DNA of 64,000 nt, taken from Rebecca billardiae RCC1528 (taxonomy: Eukaryota; Protista; Haptophyta). Positions within the stretch are counted from its first letter, which is position 1. Every line of letters starts with the position of its first letter. Shown here one piece after another: positions 1 through 10,832 of the stretch. The notes below the pieces were generated by a model, which ran no database searches, was not told the origin of the DNA, and worked only from the letters and a program-made list of their open reading frames with translations. The stretch lies in NCBI GenBank assembly GCA_965240325.2, contig OZ251237.1, positions 1,612,001-1,676,000 of the forward strand, in the 5' to 3' direction. Both the position numbers and the translations under genes were made by a program.

Positions 1-125
1 GCCCAGTGGGGATGCGGGGGAATTTTTTTCATGCCGCGTTCGCGGCACTTCGCGCCGCGATATATATATAAATAAAATAAGCCTGCGTGCGACCAGCGCA
101 CCCGCAGCAGCGGCCCATCAGGCAC

Positions 126-1553
126 TCAGCGCGGCCCACATCGCAGGGGCGACAGCTGCACCACGCGCTGAAGCAACGGCTGCACTCCGACGCCATCGTT
201 GCCCACGCCCAGGCCGAGCGCGCCCGAGCGTCTGCCGTATGCGTGCACGCCGCCGTCCGCCGTCACGTAGAGGGCGTGAGATCGGCCGAGCGAGCAGTCG
301 ACCACGCGCGCATGCGCGAGGCCCTCCACCCGCTCGGGCAGCGTGCGATCCACTCGGTCCCCCAGCCCCAGCTGGCCACTGCTGTTGCTCCCAAACGTGT
401 GCACGCTGCCGTCCGCGCACACCACTGCGCTGCTGCGCGAGCCCGCGTTGGCGCGCACGGCACGCACGCCCATCAGTGCGTCGATGCGCGTGGGCACCAA
501 GCGATGCGCCACGTCACCGCAGCCGAGCGCGCCACCAAACGCGCCTCCGAAGGAGTGCACGCCGCCCGCTGCGTCCACCACCAGGCTGTGCTCGAAGCCC
601 GCGCTCACGTGCACGGCGCGCACGCCCGCGAGCGCCTCGATGCGCCGCGGCGTGCGCTGCTGCTGCTCGTCACCGTGGCCAAGGCAGCCGCCAGAGCCAT
701 ACCCGCACGAGTACACAGCGCCGCACGCCGAGAGCAGCAGCGTGTGCCCCCAGCCCGCGGCCATGCCGCCCACGCGCACGCCGTCCAGCGCCTCGATGCG
801 CGTCGGCTCCAGCCGGTCCTCCGTGTCGCCATGGCCGAGCTGGCCATAGCGGTTGTGGCCCCAGCTGTACGCCGCGCCCGCAGCTGTGAGCGCGAAGCTG
901 TGGTCGGCGCTAGCGCAAATCCCGACGACGAGCTCCGCACCCAATGCCGCCACCTGCACGAACGCCCGTCGCTCAGCCTTGTCGCCCACGCCCAGCTGGC
1001 CGTGGTCGTTGCTGCCGCACGCGTACACGGCACCCGCCTCGCTGAGCGCGAGCAGGTGCTTGTCGTCGGCAGCTACTGCACACACGCGCACCGCCTCGAG
1101 CGAGTTCACGCGCGTCGGCACGAGCACGCGAGACTCCCTGCTGAGCTCGGGATGGCCCAGCGGTGCGCCGCACGTGTGCACGCCGCCGTCCGCGTCAACA
1201 AAAGCGCTGAACGCGTCGGGATACATTCCACCGGAGGCTGCAATGCGCGTGTGCGCGTGCGCGAGCTCGAGCACACGCTCGCGCGCGAGCAGCTCCTCAG
1301 CCCACGTGGACACGCCAACGGGCAGGCTCGCCGGCAGCGCGGCCTTGTGCCCTCGCGTGCGTGCGCGCTCGCGCAGCGCGTGCTCGAGCGGCGCGCCGCG
1401 GAAGAGGCGCGCGGCGGCGTTGGCGGCAGCGAGGTCGCGCGTGCCACCGAGATGAGTGAGGATGCGCGCGACCAGCTCGGGCGGCACGTCGGTGAGCCGC
1501 ACGGCCGCCGCTGCCGACGCGCCCTCGGCGCGCGCGCGCGTGGTCGGTGCCAT
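126..1553 (-). CDS. F-box + RCC1-repeat (7-blade beta-propeller) protein, array copy 1
   Basis: N-terminal F-box-like motif LTDVPPELVARILTHL..RDL; repeated RCC1 motifs (VYACGSNxxGQLG, HTLLL, HSLVV, HSFG..LG.G). ATG at 1553 (MAPTTR) matches the paralogues. Confidence 0.9.
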   Translation of the reverse strand: MAPTTRARAEGASAAAAVRLTDVPPELVARILTHLGGTRDLAAANAAARLFRGAPLEHALRERARTRGHKAALPASLPVGVSTWAEELLARERVLELAHAHTRIAASGGMYPDAFSAFVDADGGVHTCGAPLGHPELSRESRVLVPTRVNSLEAVRVCAVAADDKHLLALSEAGAVYACGSNDHGQLGVGDKAERRAFVQVAALGAELVVGICASADHSFALTAAGAAYSWGHNRYGQLGHGDTEDRLEPTRIEALDGVRVGGMAAGWGHTLLLSACGAVYSCGYGSGGCLGHGDEQQQRTPRRIEALAGVRAVHVSAGFEHSLVVDAAGGVHSFGGAFGGALGCGDVAHRLVPTRIDALMGVRAVRANAGSRSSAVVCADGSVHTFGSNSSGQLGLGDRVDRTLPERVEGLAHARVVDCSLGRSHALYVTADGGVHAYGRRSGALGLGVGNDGVGVQPLLQRVVQLSPLRCGPR

Positions 1554-1716
1554 CAAGGGTGGTCGCGCCACTTGCTGTCGTCAACTCGCGCGCCGACGAC
1601 CACGGCGGTTCTGCACGTTAAATCATAGTAAACTGTAGCCGATTGGTTTTTGTAATTGCAGGATTTACAGCGCTAGTCGTGATGATTTTCGCGCTCGCTC
1701 CATTCTTCCGATGATG

Positions 1717-2629
1717 ATTGACCAAGGGCGCGAAAGGGGGTCGCTCGCTAAGCCCCACCCGCTCCGGCCAGCATGGCTGCCTGGCCGGCGGCGGCGTGCT
1801 TAAGCGAGCCGTAAGCCGGGAATCCACGCGCTGGCGGTGCGGTTTTGGCGGCGCAGGTGGCCTCGCAGGTCGCCTGCAGGTATGCTCAGAGCCTTAGGAC
1901 AGGTTGGTGGCCCGCAACCCCAGGCTCCTTGTCGCTGCTTGCCGACTGCAAGCGATCACGAGTCGACCGTGCAATCCCGCGTGCACGCGGCCCAACGTAG
2001 GGTGCTGCACATGCTAGCAGATGGTGAAGGGGGGTCGCCCGCCACGCAGACGTCCTCGGAGAGGACGTCGACCCCCGTGCGTCGTCTCGATCCCGACCTC
2101 TCCAGCCCAGGCTTGCGTGCTTCCTAATATGCAATGACATACGAACAACCATAGGCATTTCAAAATGTTATCTCGACTTTTGGGCTAGAACTTCACATTG
2201 TCCGTGGCTCTCTGGGCAGCAGGCCTTCAGCGACTCCTTGCGGGACAACGCCCAATCAAGGCGACGCACGGGGGTCGACGTCCTCTCCGAGGACGTCTGC
2301 GTGGCGGGCGACCCCCCTTCACCATCTGCTGGCATGTGCAGCACCCTACGTTGGGCCGCGTGCAACGCGGGACCGCACGGTCGACGCGTGATCGCTTGCA
2401 GTCGGCAAGCAGCGACAAGGAGCCGGGGTTGCGGGCCACCAACCTGTCCTAAGGCCCTGAGCATACCTGCAGGCGACCTGCGAGGCCACCTGCGCCGCCA
2501 AAACCGCACCGCCAGCGCGTGGATTCCCGGCTTACGGCTCGCTTAAGCACGCCGCCGCCGGCCAGGCAGCCATGCTGGCCGGAGCGGGTGGGGCTTAGCG
2601 AGCGACCCCCTTTCGCGCCCTTGGTCAAT
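1717..2629. mobile_element. Foldback/MITE-like non-autonomous element with ~370-bp inverted arms
   Basis: 1717-~2090 is the near-exact reverse complement of ~2255-2629, around a ~165-bp AT-richer spacer. Flanks tgatgattg / caatgattg resemble a degenerate 9-bp TSD (Mutator-like; inference). Confidence 0.75.
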
Positions 2630-2794
2630 GATTGATGGCGATGACGGGCCGTAAATCTGATCGACAGCCGACGCCGCGTCGACGTCGTGTTGTACGTACG
2701 TGCTTGCACAACGCTGGCCCAAGCCGCCAGCGGTGTGCGGAGCCCACGCGCGCAGCTGAATGAGCGCACCATCTCAGATCTCCCAGAATGATGC

Positions 2795-4195
2795 TCAGCG
2801 CGGCTCACAGCGCAGGGGCGGCAGCTGCACCACGCGCTGCGGCGTCGGCTGCACTCCGCCATCGTGGCTCACGCCCAGGCCGAGCGTGCCTGGCAGGTAG
2901 CCGCATGCGTGCACGCTGCCGTCCGCTGTGACGTAGAGGGTGTGACATGTGCCGAATGCGCAGACCAGCACGCGCGCATGCGCGAGGCCCTCCACCCGCT
3001 CGGGCAGCGTGCGATCCATTCTGTCCCCCAGCCCCAGCAGGCCCAAGCGGTTGTACCCAAACGCGTGCACGCTGCCGTCCGCACACACCACTGCGCTGCT
3101 GCAACCGCCCGCGCTGGCGCGCACGGCACGCATGCCGCCCAGTGCTTCTATGCGCGTGGGCACCAAACGACGCGCCGTGTCACCGTGGCCGAGCGCGCCA
3201 TCGTCACCGTCTCCGAAGGAGTGCATGCCGCCCGCCGCGTCCACCACCAGGCTGTGCTGGGAGCCCGCGCTCACGTGCACGGCGCGCACGCCTGCAAGCG
3301 CAGCGATGCGCCGCGGCGTGCGCTGTGCCTGCTCGTCACCGTGGCCAAGGCAGCCGCCATAGCCATACCCGCACGAGTACACGGCGCCGCACGCCGAGAG
3401 CAGCAGCGTGTGCCACCTGCCCGCGGCCACGCCGCCCACTCGCACGCCGTCCAGCGCCTCGATGCGCGTCGGCTCCAGACGGTCCTCCGTGTCGCCGTGG
3501 CCGAGGTAACCGAAGAGGTTGCGGCCCCAGCTGCACGCCACGCCCGCTGTCGTGAGCGCGAGGCTGTGGTCGGCGCCAGCGCAAATCCCGACGACGAGCT
3601 CCGCACCCAGCGCCGCCACCTGCACGAACGCCCGTCGCTCAGCCTTGTCGCCCACGCCAAGCTGGCCGTACTCGTTGCTGCCGCACGCGTACACGGCGCC
3701 CGCCTCGCTCAGCGCGAGCAGGTGCTTGTAGCCGGCAGCCACTGCACGCACGCGCACCGCCTCGAGCGAGGCCACGCGCGTCGGCACGAGCACCCGCGCC
3801 TCCCCGCTGAGGTCGGGATGGCCCAGCGGTGCGCCGCACGTGTGCACGCCGCCGTCCGCGTCGACAAATGCGCTGAACGCGTTGTCATGATATCCGCCGA
3901 AGGCTGTACTGTGCGTGTGCGCGTGCGCGAGCTGGAGAATGCGCTCGCGCGCGAGCAGCTCCTCCGTCCACGTGGACACGCCAACGGGCAGGCTCGCCGG
4001 CAGGACGGCCTTGTGCCCTCGCGTGCGTGCGCGCTCGCGCAGCGCGTGATCGAGTGGCGCGCCGCGGAAGAGGCGCGCGGCTGCGTTGGCGGCGGTGAGG
4101 TCACGTGTGCCACCGAGATGAGTGAGAATGCGCGCGACCAGCTCGGGCGGCACGTCGGTGAGCCGCGCCTCGGCAGGCGCGCACGGCGGTGGCAT
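2795..4195 (-). CDS. F-box + RCC1-repeat protein, array copy 2
   Basis: Same F-box and RCC1 motifs. Likely start MPPPCAPAEARLTDVP at 4195; the ORF is open upstream to 4354. Confidence 0.88.
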   Translation of the reverse strand: MPPPCAPAEARLTDVPPELVARILTHLGGTRDLTAANAAARLFRGAPLDHALRERARTRGHKAVLPASLPVGVSTWTEELLARERILQLAHAHTHSTAFGGYHDNAFSAFVDADGGVHTCGAPLGHPDLSGEARVLVPTRVASLEAVRVRAVAAGYKHLLALSEAGAVYACGSNEYGQLGVGDKAERRAFVQVAALGAELVVGICAGADHSLALTTAGVACSWGRNLFGYLGHGDTEDRLEPTRIEALDGVRVGGVAAGRWHTLLLSACGAVYSCGYGYGGCLGHGDEQAQRTPRRIAALAGVRAVHVSAGSQHSLVVDAAGGMHSFGDGDDGALGHGDTARRLVPTRIEALGGMRAVRASAGGCSSAVVCADGSVHAFGYNRLGLLGLGDRMDRTLPERVEGLAHARVLVCAFGTCHTLYVTADGSVHACGYLPGTLGLGVSHDGGVQPTPQRVVQLPPLRCEPR

Positions 4196-4458
4196 CGTCG
4201 AGGTGGCAAGCGAATGACGGTTGGCCAATGGCCACTGCGACACTCTTGAACTCCCGCCTCTTGGGCAACGGCGGCTTTTTCTGCTGCTGCCGCCATTTTC
4301 TGACGCCCAGCAAAACGCGACTACGAGCGGGAATACAGTAGGGCGGATATGCATGCGCTCATCAATCGGAAGTTTTTGTTCGGCTTAGGGCTGAGGCCGC
4401 ATGAGCCTGTGACAACGGCGGCGGACGGAAGAAGCATCAGGGGCCGCAAACAAAGCAG

Positions 4459-5094
4459 TCACTCTGTTTGCAGCCCGAAGCCGGGCACGCGCGCCTCCTG
4501 AACGTCTGTCGGCCAGTGCAGCGCGCGGATGGCGCGCACCTCGAGCCTGAAAGGGCCGGTGCGCACTTCCTTGCGCGGCACGCCGTGGTCATCCCACTTG
4601 GAGACCATCAGGCCGACCGAGCGTATCTGCGTCACGTCCACGCCGGGCGCTTCAGGCACGATGCGCCCGCGCCACGACGCGCAGAAGCCGTACCAGGGCA
4701 GCTCGCACGCGCGCCATTCGCGGCCGGCGGGCGGGATGAAGTCCTGCTGGTAGGCCACGCCGTCGACGCGCGGGTCCATGCGCAGCGAGAGCTTGAACAT
4801 CGTGTGCCCATCGCCCCGGCAGACGACCGCCATGCCCTTCGTGCCCGGCATGGTCCAGCGCGTGTCGCGGCCGTCTGTGCGCACAGACGCAAAGCCGCCG
4901 CGCTCGCACACGAGCTGGCCGCCGAAGACGGCGAAGCCGTCGTCGGGCGCGAGCGAGCTCACGCTCGAGCCGCCCATCACGCGGTCGTCCACGGCTATGA
5001 ACGCGCGCGCCGCGTGCGGCTCGGCCGCGAAGTCGAAGAGCACCTGCGGCTCGTCGAGCGTGGTGAGGAAGGTGGAGCTGAACCCGAGCGCCAT
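4459..5094 (-). CDS. CIA30/NDUFAF1-domain protein (complex I intermediate-associated protein 30 family)
   Basis: Motifs VDDRVMGGSSVS, FGGQL..ERGGFASVR, RGDG..FKL, YQQDF, LPW..F..SWRGR, GPFRLEV. Confidence 0.85.
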   Translation of the reverse strand: MALGFSSTFLTTLDEPQVLFDFAAEPHAARAFIAVDDRVMGGSSVSSLAPDDGFAVFGGQLVCERGGFASVRTDGRDTRWTMPGTKGMAVVCRGDGHTMFKLSLRMDPRVDGVAYQQDFIPPAGREWRACELPWYGFCASWRGRIVPEAPGVDVTQIRSVGLMVSKWDDHGVPRKEVRTGPFRLEVRAIRALHWPTDVQEARVPGFGLQTE

Positions 5095-5332
5095 CGTGAA
5101 CCAGCCAGCATCAGCCGCCCGGTTTATTTTCTCACGTCCGCCCCGCGGGCCCGCGGGGCCGCCGGACTCCTTCATTGACTGCACTTCAGAATGTAGTAGT
5201 CAAGACTTTGTACTCAGTACTGCGTAAGTCTTCATCAGCGCGACTCGGACGGCATGCCGCGTGTGACACGTTCTCAGGCTCCGTCCGAGACAGTGAGCGG
5301 GCCCATCCTGCTCACTCGGAGTGAGTCTGAGC

Positions 5333-6733
5333 TCATCGCCTCGGCGCGAGGCGGATGCCCTCGATCTCGGCCGCCTCGGCGCGCACGCCGATCTGGCCGA
5401 CGCCGAGCTCGCCGCTCGCGCCGAGGCCGCAGGCGAACGCGCGGCCGTCCGCGGTGGCGAAGAGCGAGTGGCCGTGCCCGCTCGCCGCGCCCACCACCAC
5501 CTCCGCGTCGAGCGGCCCGCGCAGCCGCTGCGGCAGCGAGACGGCGGGCAGCAGCCCCGCCTGGCCGAGCCCGAGGCAGCCGTCTGCGCCCGCGCCCCAC
5601 GCAAACGCGCCGCCGTCCGCGCCGACGGCGACGCAGAAGCTCGTGCCCGCCGCGGCGCAGCGGATGCGCACGCCCGCCGCGGCGAGCGCCTCGATGCGCT
5701 GCGGCAGCCAGCGGTCGAGCGAGTCGCCGTGCCCCAGCCGCCCCGCCGCGCCCCGGCCGAAGCTGAAGAGCTCGCCCGAGCGGCAGACGACCAGCGAGTG
5801 CGCTGAGCCCGCGGAGACGCAGGTGGCGCGCTGGCCGTCGAGCGCGGCGCGCACGCGCACGGGCGAGCGCGCGCGCGTCACGCCCGGCCCGAGGCCCAGC
5901 GCGCCGCTCGCGCCGTACCCGCACGCGTACACGGCGCCGTCCGCGCTCAGGAAGAGCGTGTGCGCCGCGCACGTCGAGGCGTCGATCAGCCGCGGCTCTG
6001 AGGCCCACGGCGGTGGGTGCGCGCGCGCGGAGCCGTGCGCGTGGTGGCCCGTGGAGTGGTGCACCGTGCTCGCGAGGCTCGCGGCCGAGTGCGCCGCCGA
6101 GAGCGCCGCGTGGTGGTGGTGCTGCTGCGGCGCCGCGCTGCTGACGGTCGTGTCGGACGAGGAGGAAGGCGAGACGGCTGGCAGCTGGAAGCGCACCTGC
6201 ACCGGGCTCGAGTAGGACTCCGTGTCACCCAGCCCGAGCGCGCCCGCGTCGCCGCAGCCCCAGGCCCACGCGCGGCCGCACTCGCCGATCGCGATCGAGG
6301 TGCCGTCGCCCGCCGCCACGCGCGCCACGCGCACGCCCGCGAGCTCGCCGCCCACGCGGCACGGCAGCGCGCACGTCGGCTCAGCGCCGGGCGGCGGCGA
6401 GGGCGAGGCCGAGCGCGCCGCCGAGCTCGCGCTCATCGCGCGCGGCGAGTGCGGCCGCGAGCCGTGGCCGAGGCCGAGCTGGCCGCGCGTGTTCCCGCCG
6501 AACGCGAAGAGCGCGCCCGTCTCGCGGCACACGGCGAGCACGTGGTCCGAGCCCACGGCGACCGCGGCGATCGACGTGGCGGCGAGCGCGGGCGGCACAG
6601 TCGGCAGCGTGAGCCGCACGGGCAGCGCGGGCGGGAGCGAGAGCGGGCCGTGGCCGAGCGCGGCGACGGCGGCGTCGCGCCGGGCGCCCATCGCGAGCAT
6701 CTGCCGCAGCTGCTCCGCCGCCGCGTCCACCGA

Positions 6734-6764
<31 letters not shown>

Positions 6765-7534
6765 GGGGCGGCGGGCAGGAGCCCGGCGGCGGCGGCGGCG
6801 GCTGCGGGGCCCATCGCCGCGGGGTCAGCCGCGGTCGCGGCGGCGGCGGCGGCGGCGTAGGCGGTCATCTCGTCGCCGCGCCAGCCGCCGCACAGCGCGA
6901 GCTGGCCGCTCGCCTGTATGAACACCGAGTGCGCGCGGCCCGCGGCGAACGGCGCCGGCGGCGGGAAGCGCGCGTGCACCTCGGCCCACAGCAGCTGCTG
7001 CGTCGCAGAGGGCGCGGCCGCGGGCGCGGCGCACGCGAGCGGGTGCGGCGCGGCGGCGTCGAGCTCCATCGGCGTGGGCGCCTCGGCGTCATGCGAGCCA
7101 CGCGCCAGCGGCGGCGCGCCCCGCCCCGCCGCGCTCGCGCGCAGCCGCAGCGCGAGCTCGACCGGCGAGGGCGCGCCGCCGCAGCCGACGTGGAACGCGC
7201 GGCAGACCGCGTCGAGGCGCGCGAGGTGCTCGGGCTCGGGGAGGTGCGCGAAGATGCGCGCGAGCACGTCGAGCGGGAGCATGTCGAGCCGAACCGCGGC
7301 GTGCGGCGCGCGCTGCCGCCGCAGCTCGGCGGGTGCGGACGCGGACGGCGGCACCAGCGGCGGCGGCGGCGGCGAGACGGCCGAGGCGCGCTGGTGGCAG
7401 TGGTGCGTGGGCGAGCAGCTGATGCGCGGTGGCGGCAGCCCGAGGAACACGTCCTCGTCCCGCGCGCGCTTCGGCATGATCGGGCCCTGGTCGGCGGCGT
7501 GCCGCCCGGGCGAGTGGTCGCGCAGCGGAGGCAT
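5333..7534 (-). CDS. Divergent F-box + RCC1-repeat protein with low-complexity insertions
   Basis: Strong F-box LDMLPLDVLARIFAHL..EHLARLDAVCRAF; RCC1 repeats (FGGNTRGQLGLG, WGCGDAGALGLG, FGRGAAGRLGHGD). Start uncertain (7534 or MPKRARD slightly downstream). Confidence 0.8.
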
Positions 7535-8400
7535 CCTCCCGCTGTGCGCGGTGCGTGGCGCCAGGTGTGTGTGCACTGAGTGCGAGGCTGGGGCTCTCAA
7601 CCGGGATGATGTGGAGCGCGGCTTCGCGCATTGGAGGGGGCCTGGATAGGAATGATCGAGAATCCGCTGATGAGCGACCCCTGACCAATCAGCGTGAACG
7701 CCAATACGCGGTTTGGTCGCGCACACACGCGAGAAAGCGCGCCGAAGGCCCACGTCACGCCTACGGGTCTTGCTTCTAAATATATTGCGACCGCCCTCGC
7801 CTGGGCCACTTTCGAGCACGTTCCCGCTGCCCGCCGCGTTTCGCGCGCGGTCGCGCGCGTGCGCGCTGCGAGTGCGCGGGGTCAACCGCCAAGGCGGGAG
7901 CCGTGCGCCGAGAACGGCGCGATTCCCCATCCAGATCGCGTGGCGAGATTATGGCGAATATTCTACTCACCGAGCGCTCGAAAAGCCCGAAAAGGCTAGA
8001 ACCACCACTTTTGGTGATGAGCAGGATCCCGATGACTCGCACCCGCCCTGTCCGCACCAATGGGCGCGAATGATTGCTAAAAAATGACGATAGGCGACTC
8101 GCGGCTTGATACGTGAAGCTAACCCGAAAATGAGTACAAGTAACAACCTTTTTTAAGGTTACGCAAGTAATCACTTGTGGATGATACTCGCGATGTGGAT
8201 AAGCGGAACCGCGAGGAGCAAAATTGCGACGCTCCGCGGATCATCTCGGCCACCAATCGGGGAGCCGTGATTGATGACATGCTTTTTCGGACGAAAGATC
8301 GACGACCCCTTTCAAATTCGAATTCACGCGCAGCTTTCAAGTTCCAAGCAAGTTCCAAGTCCGGGAGTCTCAAACCCACGCGGCCGGCAGTCGGCTCGGC

Positions 8401-9183
8401 ATGGCGGCCATCCACAACCTTGACCCGCACACCCTCGCGGCCACGGGCCGCGCGGAGGACCTGCGCATGCTGCTCGACGTGGGCTCGGTGGACGCGAACG
8501 ACATGAAGACGACGGGCATCAACAAGGGCTCCAACCTCCTCCACCGCGCCGCCGCCGCCGGCCACGTCGCCGTCTGCTCGCTGCTGGTCGAGCGCGGCGC
8601 CAACGTGACGACCCGCACGGCCAGGGGGCAGACGGCGGCGGAGCTCGCGTACACGAAGGGCCACACGGCGCTCGCGATGATATTGCAGCAGGTCGCCGAC
8701 GCGGGCGGCGCCGTCCCCGCGCCGCTGCCCCACGCGCACACGCCGCTCGTCTCGCGCGGCGTGGACGCGGAGGGCTTCGAGGTGCGCGACGGCGACGGCC
8801 TCGAGGTGGTGGCGCCGGCGTCGGCGCACGGGGCGGCGATGGACGCGGAGATGGGCGCGCACGGGGCGCACGCCGCCGCCGCCGCGTACTACCACCACGC
8901 GCACGCGGCCGCGCAGCAGCACGGAGGCATGCGCGCGTGGGACGGGGGCAACGGCGCGCGCCCGCAGCCGCAGCCGCAGCAGCCGTCGCCGCACGCGTAC
9001 GCGGCGTGGCAGCAGCAGCAGCAGCAGCAGGCGCAGCAGCAGCACGAGCGGATGCTGCGCGAGCAGCAGCTCATGCAGCAGCAGCAGCAGCTCGCAGCAG
9101 CGGCTGCCGCCGAGCACGCAGCCGCCTTCGAGCGCGCCGCCGCCGAGCGCGCCGCCGCCGAGCGCGCCGCCGCCGCGCGGGCA

Positions 9184-9217
<34 letters not shown>

Positions 9218-10434
9218 TCTCGCCGCCACCGCCGCAGCCGCAGCCGCAGCCGCGGCAGTACCCGCCGCAGCCGGCCGCGGCGGCCGCGCCGCCGCCCGGG
9301 CCCGCCGCGCTGCCGCCGCCGAGCGCGGCGGCGGGCGCGCAGCGTGCGCACAGCCGCGCCGCCGAGCCGCGCGCCGGGGCTTCGTCGGCCCACGCGCTCC
9401 GCGCGGCGCCCGCCGCGCCCCCGGCCGTGCTCGGCCCGCCGCCGCTCCCGCCCGCGCTCCGCGTGCCGCTGCTGCGCGTGCAGAACGGGCTGCGCGCCGC
9501 TGTGAACGGCGGCAGCGTCGGCATCGGCTCGTCGGCGCTGCTGCTGCCCGCGCCGCTGCTGCAGCCGCAGCCGGCGGCGGGCGGCGCGCCCGACGCGCGC
9601 GGCGGCACGGGCGGCGCGCTGGGCGCGCTCGCGCGCGCGTGCGACGGCGCGGGCGTCGAGCACCTGGTCGACGCGCCAGCGCCAGCAGCCGAGGGCGGTG
9701 GCGGGCAGGTGGCGACGGTGTCGCTGCAGCGGCGGCGCGGCGCGGCGCTGAGCGAGGCCGAGGCGCTGGGCCGCGTGCTGCGCGCGGCCCTGCTCGAGAG
9801 CGCGCTGCCAGACTGCCCGTGTGGCCTCGGCCTCGAGCTCACCTCCGCCTTTGCCGCCGACGCCGAGCTGGGGCGGCGCGCGCGCGCCGACGCGGCGGCG
9901 GCGCCCTCCGCGCCGCCGCCGCTCGAGCCGTGGCAGCTGGAGCACGTGGAGGGCAGCGCGGGCGTGCAGATCGCGCACGCAGGCAACATCCTGCTGCTCT
10001 CGGGCAGCGCGGCGCAGGTGTATGCCGCGTGGTGCGCCGTGCGCACACTGGTGGCGGTGGCCGCGGGCGCGGCCGCGCGCCCGCCGCTCGTTGCCGCCGC
10101 CGCCGCTACCGCCGCTACCGCCGCCGCCGCGCCCGCCGCCGCCCTCGCCGAGCCGCCGTCGGTCGCCAAGAAGCGCAAGGCGGAGGCGGCCGTCGCCGTG
10201 GAGCCTCGCGCCGCCGCCGCCGAGCCCGGGGCGGAGGCGGTGGCGAGCGCCGCGGGCGCGCGCGCGGCCGAGCAGCCCGCGGGCAGCGGCGCGCGTGCGG
10301 ACGTCGGCGGAGAGGGCGGCGGCGGGGACGGCGAGGCGGAGGAGGAGGGCGAGGGCGAGGGCGAGGGCGCGGAGGAAGATGACGAGGTGGCAGAGGAGGA
10401 GGGCGAGGAGGAGGAGGGCGCGAAGGAGGCGTAG
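8401..10434 (+). CDS. Ankyrin-repeat protein with polyQ/polyA tracts and acidic C-terminus
   Basis: LLHRAAAAGHVAVCSLLVERGANV..RTARGQTAAELA..GH ankyrin repeats; Q-rich middle; KKRK putative NLS; E-rich tail. Confidence 0.8.
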
Positions 10435-10832
10435 GCGCGCGTCTCGATGCGTGCATGGTCGATCGATGCGCTGCGCTACTCCCGCCACTAGCGCCCCAGC
10501 CGCATGTTCATGTTGCCAGTCGGTGTCAACGGACAACGGTGATGCTGTGTCCGCTGCATGACCGGCTGATGCAGCAGGCGCAGCGGCCTCGGCTGTCGCG
10601 ACAGTTGACGTCTGCGCCTGCAGGCACTGCTAGACAGTGCCCGTGCATACGCATGCGCTTTATCAGCAGTGCAGCATCGCAGTCCTCGCAGACGGGAGGG
10701 TATCCCGCGGCCGAGCGCAGGCCGATGATGATCGAATGAAAAAAAGGCGCGGAGAACATATTAACGACAGCAAAGCTTATTTTTTCCCAATTTTTTTCCG
10801 CGCGCCAACCGTCGTTCGCTTGGGCCATCCCG

